A stretch of DNA of 64,000 nt from an uncultured delta proteobacterium (lineage in GTDB: Bacteria; Desulfobacterota; Binatia; HRBIN30; BPIQ01), in assembly GCA_963761335.1 (NCBI GenBank), contig CAVXGR010000018.1, positions 480,001-544,000 of the forward strand, written 5' to 3'. Each line of letters opens with the position of its first letter. Positions within the stretch are counted from its first letter, which is position 1. The notes under the pieces were generated by a model, which saw only the letters and a list, made by a program, of their open reading frames with translations, made no database searches and was not told the origin of the DNA. The position numbers and the translations under genes were made by a program. Below, piece by piece: positions 47,319 through 55,572 of this stretch.

Positions 47319-49106
47319 TCAGCGGGGCGCCACTTCGCCGGACTCGATCTTGCGGTACAGCTCCTCGGTGATCGGCAGGTAGCTGTCGCCGTCGAGGAAG
47401 TACAGCGGATCCTTGACGGCGCTCGGGTCGTACGCCTCTTTGCGGTAGTCCACCTTCTGGTGCTTGAAGGTGCCGGTGATGCGCATGTCGTTCTGCAGCC
47501 GGATGAAGTACGGGCGCTGGTAGCTCGGCAGGTGCTCGACCACGTAGGCGGCGAACTCGTGCAGGTCGAAGCCGTCGCCGGCACGGATGCTGGCCATGCC
47601 GGCGCGCCCCTCGGCGCCGGGTACGGCGACGCCGTAGACGTTGCTCTCCAGGACGCCGCGGGCGCCGTTGAGCACCTCGGCGACCTCGTTGGTGGAGACG
47701 TTCTCTCCCTTCCAGCGAAAGGTATCGCCGACGCGGTCGGCGAACGAGACCCAGCCGCCGGGGTGGAGCTGCATGAGGTCTCCCGAGTTGAAGTACTTGT
47801 CCCCGGGCTTGAGGACGTCGCGCAGGATCTTCTTCTGCGTCGCCTCGGCATCGACGTAGCCGTCGAACTTGGTGGTCGCCGTGATGCGCCCGAGGAACAG
47901 CCCGCGCTCGCCTTCGTCGACCTTCTGGCAGAGGCCCCTCTCGTTGCGGACCGGCTCGCCGGTGCTCACGTCGCAGCGGATGATCACCTGGCCGGTGTGC
48001 AGGCGCCCGACCATACCGGGCCGCCCCTCCATGTTGACCAGGGGAGCGTTGCCCTCGGTGGCGCCGTAGAACTCGCGCACCAGCGGGATACCGAAGCGTG
48101 CCTGAAACTTCTCCCAGATATCCGGACGCAGGCCGTTGCCGATGCAGAGGCGCAGTGAGTGCTCGCGCTCGCCCGGGATCGGCTCGTGGTTCAGGAGGTA
48201 GCGGCAGAGCTCGCCGATGTAGATGAAGATGGTGGCGTTGAAGTCGCGGACGTCCTTCCAGAAGTTCGAGGCCGAGAACTTCCGCCGCAGCGCCAGGGTG
48301 GCGCCGGAGACCAGCGCCGCTCCCCAGCCGCCGAACATGCCGTTGGAATGGTAGAGCGGCAGGGACAGGTAGATCACGTCGCGGGGTGTCGCCGCGCCCA
48401 TGACGCGTCCGAAGAGGGTCGACGCCAGCAGCCAGCGCTGATTGGTGATGATCGCCGCCTTCGGCAGCCCGGTGGTTCCCGAGGTGTAGATGTAGCACAT
48501 CGGCTCGGCGGTCTGCGGCATCGGCAGAGTGGCGTGCTCGCGGCCGGAGCAGGCGGCGACGTCGGCATTGATGACGCGATGGTCGCCGGCGGCGCCGGCC
48601 GGGGCTCCGTCTTCGACCTGTACCCAGAAGTTGTGTTCCCGGGAAATACCCTCGAAGTCGGGGAGGGCTTCGGCGGCGGACTCGAGGTGCTCGGCGCCGA
48701 CGACAATGGCTTTGGAGCGGGCGACGTTGACGGCGTGCACCAGCGGCTTGCCGGCGACGTGCGTGTTGATCAGAGCGCCGATGGCGCGGATGCGGCTGAG
48801 CCCGGCGAGAATGAAGAGGTAGTCGGGGCGATTGTCCATCAGCAGGGACACGACGTCGCCGCGCCCGATGCCGTGTTGCAGGAAGAAGGCCGCGTACTGG
48901 TTGGCGTGCTGATCCATCTCCTGCCACGACCAGCGTTTGTCTTCGAAGGCCAGGCCGACGTGATTCGGCTGCGTCCGCGCCAGCTCCTCGAGGAGTCGCG
49001 CACTGTTCCAGTTGCCGTTCGGCAGCAGCCGGCGCCCCTGTCCGAGAAGACGCCCGACGCCCTTCAGCTCCGTCCAGCCGGTATGCACGCGCTCGCTCAG
49101 GTCCAT
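47319..49106 (-). CDS. Long-chain acyl-CoA synthetase (FATP-like)
   Basis: Motifs YIYTSGTTGLPK, YIGELCRYL, EFYGATEG, DRVGDTFRWKGENVST and TGTFK. Confidence 0.93.
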   Translation of the reverse strand: MDLSERVHTGWTELKGVGRLLGQGRRLLPNGNWNSARLLEELARTQPNHVGLAFEDKRWSWQEMDQHANQYAAFFLQHGIGRGDVVSLLMDNRPDYLFILAGLSRIRAIGALINTHVAGKPLVHAVNVARSKAIVVGAEHLESAAEALPDFEGISREHNFWVQVEDGAPAGAAGDHRVINADVAACSGREHATLPMPQTAEPMCYIYTSGTTGLPKAAIITNQRWLLASTLFGRVMGAATPRDVIYLSLPLYHSNGMFGGWGAALVSGATLALRRKFSASNFWKDVRDFNATIFIYIGELCRYLLNHEPIPGEREHSLRLCIGNGLRPDIWEKFQARFGIPLVREFYGATEGNAPLVNMEGRPGMVGRLHTGQVIIRCDVSTGEPVRNERGLCQKVDEGERGLFLGRITATTKFDGYVDAEATQKKILRDVLKPGDKYFNSGDLMQLHPGGWVSFADRVGDTFRWKGENVSTNEVAEVLNGARGVLESNVYGVAVPGAEGRAGMASIRAGDGFDLHEFAAYVVEHLPSYQRPYFIRLQNDMRITGTFKHQKVDYRKEAYDPSAVKDPLYFLDGDSYLPITEELYRKIESGEVAPR

Positions 49107-49237
49107 GCCCCCCGCTTAGCGCGAAACTCTTTCCGTTTGTAGAGGAAGCGCCCTGGGGACGCCGAATCGGGTGCGGTTGCGCCGCGTCAGGGGCGCGGTT
49201 CCGAAGATATCTGGCGGAGCGTCGCCTCTGTGCGGCG

Positions 49238-49900
49238 CTACTCGTATCCTCCGCGCAGACCCTGGACCGGCGGGCGCGGCCGCGATTGGGCGGTGGGAAG
49301 GGAGAAATGGATCTCCGCCGGATCACCGTCGACGGTGACCTTCTGGGCGATGTCCTCCGGGTCGGCGCTCGAGTGCTCGTGCCAGGCGCCGATCGAGTAC
49401 GTGCCTGCGGGCAGATTCGGCAGGGCGAAGCGGCCGTCGGCGGCGGTGAGGGCGAAGTGCGTGTTTGGCAGCACGACGATCATCGCCGACATCCAGTCGT
49501 GAATGTTGCAGCCGATCTGCACCACCCCCGGCGTGTCGAAGCGTACCGGCGCGGCGCTCTCTCCCTTGTAGAGCGGGATCTCGAAGGTCTTGATGCGCGA
49601 GAAGGAGTAGACGTGGTGGTGGATCTGATCGTGGTTGGGAAAGTACACCTCCGTCCCCGCGGCGACCGGCAGCACGTGGGGGACGAACTCCTTGTGCATC
49701 TGATCCATGACGGCGGTGGTTCCCGGCGCGGCCGCCTCGAGCCCCGGCGTCTGCGCGACGAAGACGACCGCGTCACCCAGCGGCTCCTGGCTCTCGTTCA
49801 CAACGGTGCCGCGAACCTCGCCGCCTGCGGCACCGCCCACCAGCGCTGCCAGCAGCAGGCAGGTGGCAGTCGCGAGTCGCAGATACTTCGACGCCTTCAT
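49238..49900 (-). CDS. Periplasmic cupredoxin-like (MauL-like) protein with a carboxypeptidase-regulatory-like domain
   Basis: Signal peptide and motifs MDQ..KEFVP, FPNHD..HHVYSFS and GCNIHDWM. Confidence 0.82.
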   Translation of the reverse strand: MKASKYLRLATATCLLLAALVGGAAGGEVRGTVVNESQEPLGDAVVFVAQTPGLEAAAPGTTAVMDQMHKEFVPHVLPVAAGTEVYFPNHDQIHHHVYSFSRIKTFEIPLYKGESAAPVRFDTPGVVQIGCNIHDWMSAMIVVLPNTHFALTAADGRFALPNLPAGTYSIGAWHEHSSADPEDIAQKVTVDGDPAEIHFSLPTAQSRPRPPVQGLRGGYE

Positions 49901-49906
49901 CTCAGT

Positions 49907-51139
49907 TCAGTACCGGTAGCGGTAGCTCACCTGCCAGCCGCCGTCGGAGGGGTCGCGGTTGGCGGGCGCGGCGCGGTGGCTGTCGACGAAGATATACTCG
50001 AAGCCGAGCCGATGTCGCAGCCCGAGCTGATAGAGATAGGCCACGGTCAAGGCATCGCCGCGCTCCCGCGAAGCCGGTGGACCGTCGCTGTCGTCGACGA
50101 GAAGCTCGTCGTAGCGCGCCGTCAGGCGATGTGGCCCGTGGTGAAACGAGAGCAGCGGATACCAGGCGGTGAAGGTGCTGTCCCAGCGGTTCGCCCGCGT
50201 GTTGGTCTCGCCCGTCATCACCTGCACGATGAGATCGAGCTTGGGAATGGCGCGGACCACCGCCCCGGCGGTCCCGAAGCGCGTCTCCCAGACGTCGTCG
50301 TGACCCTGGTCGCCGAGATTGTCGAAGTACCCGAAGCGCAGCCCGCCGATCTTCCACGGATCGCTGAGGTTCAGTGCCGCATAGACTGCCGGTCTGCCGT
50401 CGCGCTCGTAGAACACCGAAGTGCTCTGCCCCGGCTGCGGCAGCGGCAGCTCGCTGTTGATGCCGCTGAGAGCATCGCTCAGCACCCAGCCGCGCTCCGC
50501 CAGCAGGCTCCCGGCCTGGTCCGGACCCCAGCCGGCGCCGCACACGAGATCGGCGTGCACTCCGCGCAGCATCATCCAGGTCTCGGCCTCGACCCCGACG
50601 ACGCGCACCTCCTCCCAGAGCCAGCTGTTCAGAGCCGACGGCGTCAGCGTGTAGCGCGAGGTCCATGCAGGGCCGGTCTGCTCCAGGGAGAAGGGCGGAT
50701 TGAGGACGCCCGTTTGCAGTCCCCAGCCGCTCTCCCAGTCGCCCCACTGCCGCCGCAAGTAGGCTTCGATCAGCCGCGGCCATCCGTCGTTGTGGATGTC
50801 GCCGTCGCCGGTGACGTCCGCCTCCCAGTTGAGCTGCACATGGGCGCTGAGCTGGTTGGGGAGCGACGCCTCGAGCTCCAGTGCCAGCTGGGACAGGGCG
50901 AAGTGCACGGCGTGCTCGTTTCCGGTTGCCGTCCGCTCGCCGCCGTAGCGGGTCTTGCCCGGTCCGCGGTCCGTCCAGCTCGGCGCCGTGCCGAAGCGCG
51001 CCAGGCGCGCGTCGACGAGAAGGCGGAGCGACAGCGGGCTCTGCCCGCCGCCGGACCAGGGGCTTTGGGCCCCGACTTCGCCAGGCGTGACGGCAAGGAC
51101 GCAGAGCAGAGTTGCGACAGCCGGCAGTGACGGCGCCAT
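49907..51139 (-). CDS. Putative outer-membrane beta-barrel protein
   Basis: Signal peptide, alternating beta-strand pattern and an aromatic C-terminus (WQVSYRYRY). Confidence 0.72.
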   Translation of the reverse strand: MAPSLPAVATLLCVLAVTPGEVGAQSPWSGGGQSPLSLRLLVDARLARFGTAPSWTDRGPGKTRYGGERTATGNEHAVHFALSQLALELEASLPNQLSAHVQLNWEADVTGDGDIHNDGWPRLIEAYLRRQWGDWESGWGLQTGVLNPPFSLEQTGPAWTSRYTLTPSALNSWLWEEVRVVGVEAETWMMLRGVHADLVCGAGWGPDQAGSLLAERGWVLSDALSGINSELPLPQPGQSTSVFYERDGRPAVYAALNLSDPWKIGGLRFGYFDNLGDQGHDDVWETRFGTAGAVVRAIPKLDLIVQVMTGETNTRANRWDSTFTAWYPLLSFHHGPHRLTARYDELLVDDSDGPPASRERGDALTVAYLYQLGLRHRLGFEYIFVDSHRAAPANRDPSDGGWQVSYRYRY

Positions 51140-51142
51140 CGG

Positions 51143-53008
51143 CTACTCCTCGAGCGGCAGGTCGTGGGCGCGACAGTAGCCGGCGATGCACTCGAGAAAC
51201 TGCGGCCCCAGGTCGGCGAGCTTGCGGGCGCCGACGCCGTGGGTGCGCAGGAAGGCGTCGGCGGAGCCCGGCCGGCGACGCGCCAGATCGCGGAGCGTCG
51301 CATCGCCGAAGACCACGTAGGGCGGTACACCGCGCTCGCCGGCGATGCGACGCCGCAGCTCGCGCAGGCTCTCGAAGAGATCCCGGTCGACGCCCTCCCA
51401 AGATTCGCGGTCGACGCGCGCCTGCACCACCTTGGCGCTCTTCGGCTGCAGCAGCCGCACCTCCTGCTGGCCGCGCAGCACGCGCCAGGAGGCCGCGTTG
51501 AGCCGCAGCACCGGGCGCTCGTCGGCGGTGCGCTCCAGAACCTCGGCGTCGTTGAGCTGGTAGATCAGGTTGATGATCTCCTTGCGCGTGTGCTGCTTCA
51601 TCAGGCCGTAGGTGCTGAGCTGCTCGTGTTGCCAGCGTCGGATCGCCTCGGTGTTGGCGCCGAGAAGGATGTCGGCCACGTGGGTCACGCCGAAGCGCTC
51701 GCCAACGCGGGCCACGCAGGAGAGGATCTTCTGCGCCGTGACCGTGGCGTCGGTGATCCCCTCGAGCTCGTTCAGGCATACGTCGCAGGCGCCGCAGCTC
51801 GGCCGCTCGTAGTGCTGGCCGAAGTACTCGGAGAGCGCCGCGTGCCGGCAGCGGGTGCCGGTGCAGAAGCGCCGCATGTGCTCCATCAGCTCGGTGGCCG
51901 CGGCGATCACCGGCGCGCTGTCCTCGACCTCTCCGGCGCTCTTGCGGATGAGAGCCTCCCAGCGGAGGACGTCGGCGGCGGAGTACAGCAGCACGCACTC
52001 CGCCTCGAGCCCGTCGCGGCCGGCGCGTCCGGTCTCCTGCTGGTAGTGCTCGACCGACTTGGGCATGCCGACGTGGATGACGGCGCGCACGTCGCTGCGA
52101 TCGATGCCCATGCCGAAGGCGACGGTGGCGACCACGACGTCGAGCTTCTCCTCGGCGAAGCTCTCCTGGGTGCGCCGCCGTTCGTCCGCCTCCATGCCGG
52201 CGTGGTAGTGCGCGGCGCGAATGCGGTGCCGCTGCAGGGCGGCGGCGAGATCCTCGGTCTCGCGGCGGCTGATGCAGTAGACGATGGCGGCCTGATCGGC
52301 GTGGCGCCGCAGCGCCTCGAGAACCTGCGCGGCGGCGTCGACGCGGGGGACGACGCGGTAGACGAGGTTGGGCCGATCGAAGATGCCGACGAGCACGGCC
52401 GGGTCCTGGAGGCGGAGCTGCTCGATGATGTCGGCGCGCACCCGCTCGGTGGCCGTGGCCGTGTAGGCGTGCACGCTGGCTTTCGGGAAGCGCTCTTTCA
52501 GCTCGGCGAGCTGGCGGTACTCCGGCCGGAAGTCGTGTCCCCACTGGCTGATGCAGTGCGCCTCGTCGATGGCGAAGGCGCCCACCTGGAGGTGCTCGAT
52601 CAGCGCCAGAAAACGGGGCGCCAGCAGGCGCTCGGGGGCGAGGAACACCAGGCGATAGCGGCCGGCGCGGATCTCGCTCTCCGTCTTCCAGATCTCGCGT
52701 CCGTCCATGCCGCTGTGCAGGGCCGCCGCCGGATATCCGCAGGCGAGAAGGCCGTCCACCTGATCCTTCATCAGCGAGATCAGCGGCGAGATGACCACGT
52801 CGGTGCGCTCCTCGAGCGCCGGCGGCACCTGATAGCAGAGCGACTTGCCACCGCCGGTGGGCATGACCACCAGGGAGTCGCGGTTCTCCAGCCCGGCGCG
52901 GATCGCTTCCTCCTGCATCGGGCGCAGCTGATCGTATCCCCAGTAGCGGCGCACGACCCCGAGGATGTCGTCGCGCGAGCGCGCCCGCGCTCCGGCGCCA
53001 GCTCCCAT
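51143..53008 (-). CDS. recQ: ATP-dependent DNA helicase RecQ
   Basis: Motifs MPTGGGKS, DEAHCISQWGHDFRP, ATVAFGMG and QETGRAGRDG, plus Zn-binding Cys, RQC and HRDC domains. Confidence 0.97.
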   Translation of the reverse strand: MGAGAGARARSRDDILGVVRRYWGYDQLRPMQEEAIRAGLENRDSLVVMPTGGGKSLCYQVPPALEERTDVVISPLISLMKDQVDGLLACGYPAAALHSGMDGREIWKTESEIRAGRYRLVFLAPERLLAPRFLALIEHLQVGAFAIDEAHCISQWGHDFRPEYRQLAELKERFPKASVHAYTATATERVRADIIEQLRLQDPAVLVGIFDRPNLVYRVVPRVDAAAQVLEALRRHADQAAIVYCISRRETEDLAAALQRHRIRAAHYHAGMEADERRRTQESFAEEKLDVVVATVAFGMGIDRSDVRAVIHVGMPKSVEHYQQETGRAGRDGLEAECVLLYSAADVLRWEALIRKSAGEVEDSAPVIAAATELMEHMRRFCTGTRCRHAALSEYFGQHYERPSCGACDVCLNELEGITDATVTAQKILSCVARVGERFGVTHVADILLGANTEAIRRWQHEQLSTYGLMKQHTRKEIINLIYQLNDAEVLERTADERPVLRLNAASWRVLRGQQEVRLLQPKSAKVVQARVDRESWEGVDRDLFESLRELRRRIAGERGVPPYVVFGDATLRDLARRRPGSADAFLRTHGVGARKLADLGPQFLECIAGYCRAHDLPLEE

Positions 53009-53159
53009 GCGTCGGGGTTGGTATCAGATCGATGGAGGACGGTCCACCGGCTCGATGGGGACGGTGCGTCATGAGCCTTACGGCTCACCAATAGACGATG
53101 AAGATGAGGCTGGGGATCGGCGCCGGCAAGAGACTTGGAGGTCCTCGCCCGGCTGAAGT

Positions 53160-53428
53160 TCGCCCCGGAGGGGCGGTGGCGTGTAGCCCCGGGTGAAACC
53201 CGGGGAAGAATGCGCGCTCCGTCAGGCGCGCCCCGCCAGGGGCGCGGGCAAGTTTTCGTCGATGTCACGCTTGTACGCCGATGATCACCGCTGGGTGCGT
53301 GGGAAGCTCATCGAGGTGATTCACGCGGCCTCTACGCCTGCGCCCCTGCGGGGCGCTGATCTGGGCCAATCGGAACGCGGTCCCCGGGTTAACACCCGGG
53401 GCTACATGCCTGTGCCCCTCCGGGGCGA
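53160..53428. repeat. Nested-palindrome REP/MITE-like element
   Basis: Terminal IR TCGCCCCGGAGGGGC / GCCCCTCCGGGGCGA, inner IR GTAGCCCCGGGTG / CACCCGGGGCTAC, and further GCCCC..GGGGC hairpins. Confidence 0.8.
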
Positions 53429-53486
53429 TAAGCCTCCACCCCAGCGCCGGGACTCCACCAGACCTTCACCCAACAGATTTTCGAAG

Positions 53487-53647
53487 CAGGCTACTTTTGC
53501 CTATCGGCCTGTCCGCTACGCCGCGAATTTGACCGCAAAAGTTGCCTGTCCCCACCCGCCGCAGCGGTTGGGGACAGGCACCTTTTCGCCGACGGATTGT
53601 CGCTCTTGGGATGTGGCGTCGTTGCGGCGAAAATGAGCCAGTCCCCA
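53487..53647. repeat. Two REP-like inverted pairs (GGGGACAGGC..CTTTT family)
   Basis: Four alternating-orientation copies related to 40091-40177. Confidence 0.75.
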
Positions 53648-53694
53648 TCGAGCCAGGGTGGCGCCGGATTCTTCCGCGTGCATAAGTTCACCCC

Positions 53695-54657
53695 ATGAAG
53701 GTGGTAGTGCTCGACGGCTACACGCTGAATCCCGGTGACAATCCGTGGGAGGCGCTGGCGCGGCTCGGCGAGCTCGTCGTCCACGACCGCACCGAGCCGT
53801 CGCGCATCGTCGAGCGCGCCCGCGGCGCGACGGTGGTGCTGACCAACAAGACGCCGCTCGACGCCGCGACGCTGGCGCAGCTGCCGGAGCTGCGCTTCAT
53901 CGGCGTCCTGGCGACCGGCTACAACATCGTCGACGTCGAAGCCGCCCGGCAGCGCGGCGTCGTGGTCTCGAATGTTCCGGAGTACGGCACCGACTCGGTG
54001 GCGCAGCACGTCTTTGCCCTCCTCCTGGAGCTCTGCCACCACGTCGGCGCGCACGATGCGGCGGTGCACGCCGGCGAATGGTCGGCGTCGAAGGACTTCT
54101 GCTTCTGGAAGTCGCCGCCGGTGGAGCTGGCCGGCAAGACCATGGGCATCGTCGGCCTCGGTCGCATCGGCCGCCGCGTCGCCGAGCTGGCGCGCGCCTT
54201 CGGAATGGAGGTGGTCGCGGCCGGCCGCGGGCCGGCGGCGGAGTCAACGCCGTCCGTGCCGCGGCTCCCGGTCGTCGAGCTGTTCACCGCCGCCGACGTG
54301 GTCAGTTTGCACTGCCCGCTGACACCGGCCAACACGGGCTTCGTCGACCGCCAGCTGCTGGCGCGCATGAAGCCGTCGGCCTTCCTCATCAACACGGCCC
54401 GCGGCGGTCTGGTCGAAGAAGCAGCGCTTGCCGAGGCGTTGCGCGGCGGCCGCCTCGGCGGCGCCGCGGTCGACGTCGTCTCCGCCGAGCCGATGCGCGT
54501 CGACAACCCGCTACTCGAGGCGCCCAACTGCATCATTACCCCGCACATCGCCTGGGCCAGCCTGGCGGCGCGACGCCGCCTGATGGCGACTGCGGTCGCC
54601 AACGTCGAGGCCTTTCTCGCCGGCGAGCCGGTGAATGTCGTCAACAGCAGATCGTAG
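53695..54657 (+). CDS. D-2-hydroxyacid dehydrogenase (glycerate dehydrogenase/hydroxypyruvate reductase-like)
   Basis: Motifs LDGYTLNPGD, GLGRIG, INTARG and TPHIAW. Confidence 0.92.
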   Translation: MKVVVLDGYTLNPGDNPWEALARLGELVVHDRTEPSRIVERARGATVVLTNKTPLDAATLAQLPELRFIGVLATGYNIVDVEAARQRGVVVSNVPEYGTDSVAQHVFALLLELCHHVGAHDAAVHAGEWSASKDFCFWKSPPVELAGKTMGIVGLGRIGRRVAELARAFGMEVVAAGRGPAAESTPSVPRLPVVELFTAADVVSLHCPLTPANTGFVDRQLLARMKPSAFLINTARGGLVEEAALAEALRGGRLGGAAVDVVSAEPMRVDNPLLEAPNCIITPHIAWASLAARRRLMATAVANVEAFLAGEPVNVVNSRS

Positions 54658-54733
54658 CGGCAGGGACGCAGCGGGCATGCTCCCGCCCGGCCTTCCTCGC
54701 CTGGCGCCTCGTTTCTCGCTATGAGTGCCGAAC

Positions 54734-55465
54734 ATGGCCGAGCTGAACACGCAGGATCTCTTCTATCCCCGCGGCGACGAGCGGCTGCGTGCCTACGCCG
54801 CCTGGCCGACGGCGGCGGCGCCGTTGCCGGCGGTGCTGCTGATCCACGACGTCCGCGGGCTGTACGAGCATTATCGCGACGTCTCCCGGCGGCTGGCGGC
54901 CGAGGGGTTCTTCGTTCTCGCCGTTGATCTCTACAGCCGCGAAGGGGCGCCCGATCTGCCGGACATGGAGGCCGTCTTCCGCTGGATGCGAGAGCTGCCC
55001 GACGAGCGCGTCCTCGCCGACGTCGCCGCGGCGGCGTCGGCGCTGGCCTCCCGGCCCGAGGTACGCCCCGGCGCCATCGGGATCACCGGATTCTGTATGG
55101 GAGGACAGTACGCCCTGATGGCCGCCTGCACGGTTCCGCGCCTGGCCGCCTGTGTCAGCTGGTACGGTATGCTTCGCTATGCACAGACGAGCGCCGCCAA
55201 GCCGCACAGCCCGCTCGACCTGGCGCCGCGGCTCGGCTGCCCGTATCTCGGTCTCTTCGGCGAGGATGACGGACTCATCCCGGGAGCCGACGTGGAGGAT
55301 CTGCGCGCCATCCTGGAACGGAGCGGGAAGACTTTCGAGATCCACCGGTATGCCGGTGCCGGACACGCCTTTTTCAACGACACGCGGCCCGACGGCTATC
55401 GTCCGGACGCCGCCGCCGACGCCTGGAAAAAGTGTCTGGTGTTTCTCCGCGAGCATCTGGTATAG
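54734..55465 (+). CDS. Dienelactone hydrolase family protein
   Basis: Motifs GFCMGG, GEDD and AGHAF. Confidence 0.92.
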   Translation: MAELNTQDLFYPRGDERLRAYAAWPTAAAPLPAVLLIHDVRGLYEHYRDVSRRLAAEGFFVLAVDLYSREGAPDLPDMEAVFRWMRELPDERVLADVAAAASALASRPEVRPGAIGITGFCMGGQYALMAACTVPRLAACVSWYGMLRYAQTSAAKPHSPLDLAPRLGCPYLGLFGEDDGLIPGADVEDLRAILERSGKTFEIHRYAGAGHAFFNDTRPDGYRPDAAADAWKKCLVFLREHLV

Positions 55466-55572
55466 ATCGACCTCGGCCTTCGGCGTTCAACGGGGGAAGC
55501 CGAAGGGGGAAAGGAAGAACGCATCGAGTCACGCCCGGCGCCCGGCGCCGGCAGCGGCTCCCAGGGATTCCC

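Noticed and set aside
49902..53072. 1056-aa minus-strand ORF and other long Arg/Pro/Ala-rich ORFs throughout the track
   Set aside because: They are alternative frames of well-supported genes (here recQ and the barrel), low in complexity and without domain motifs.
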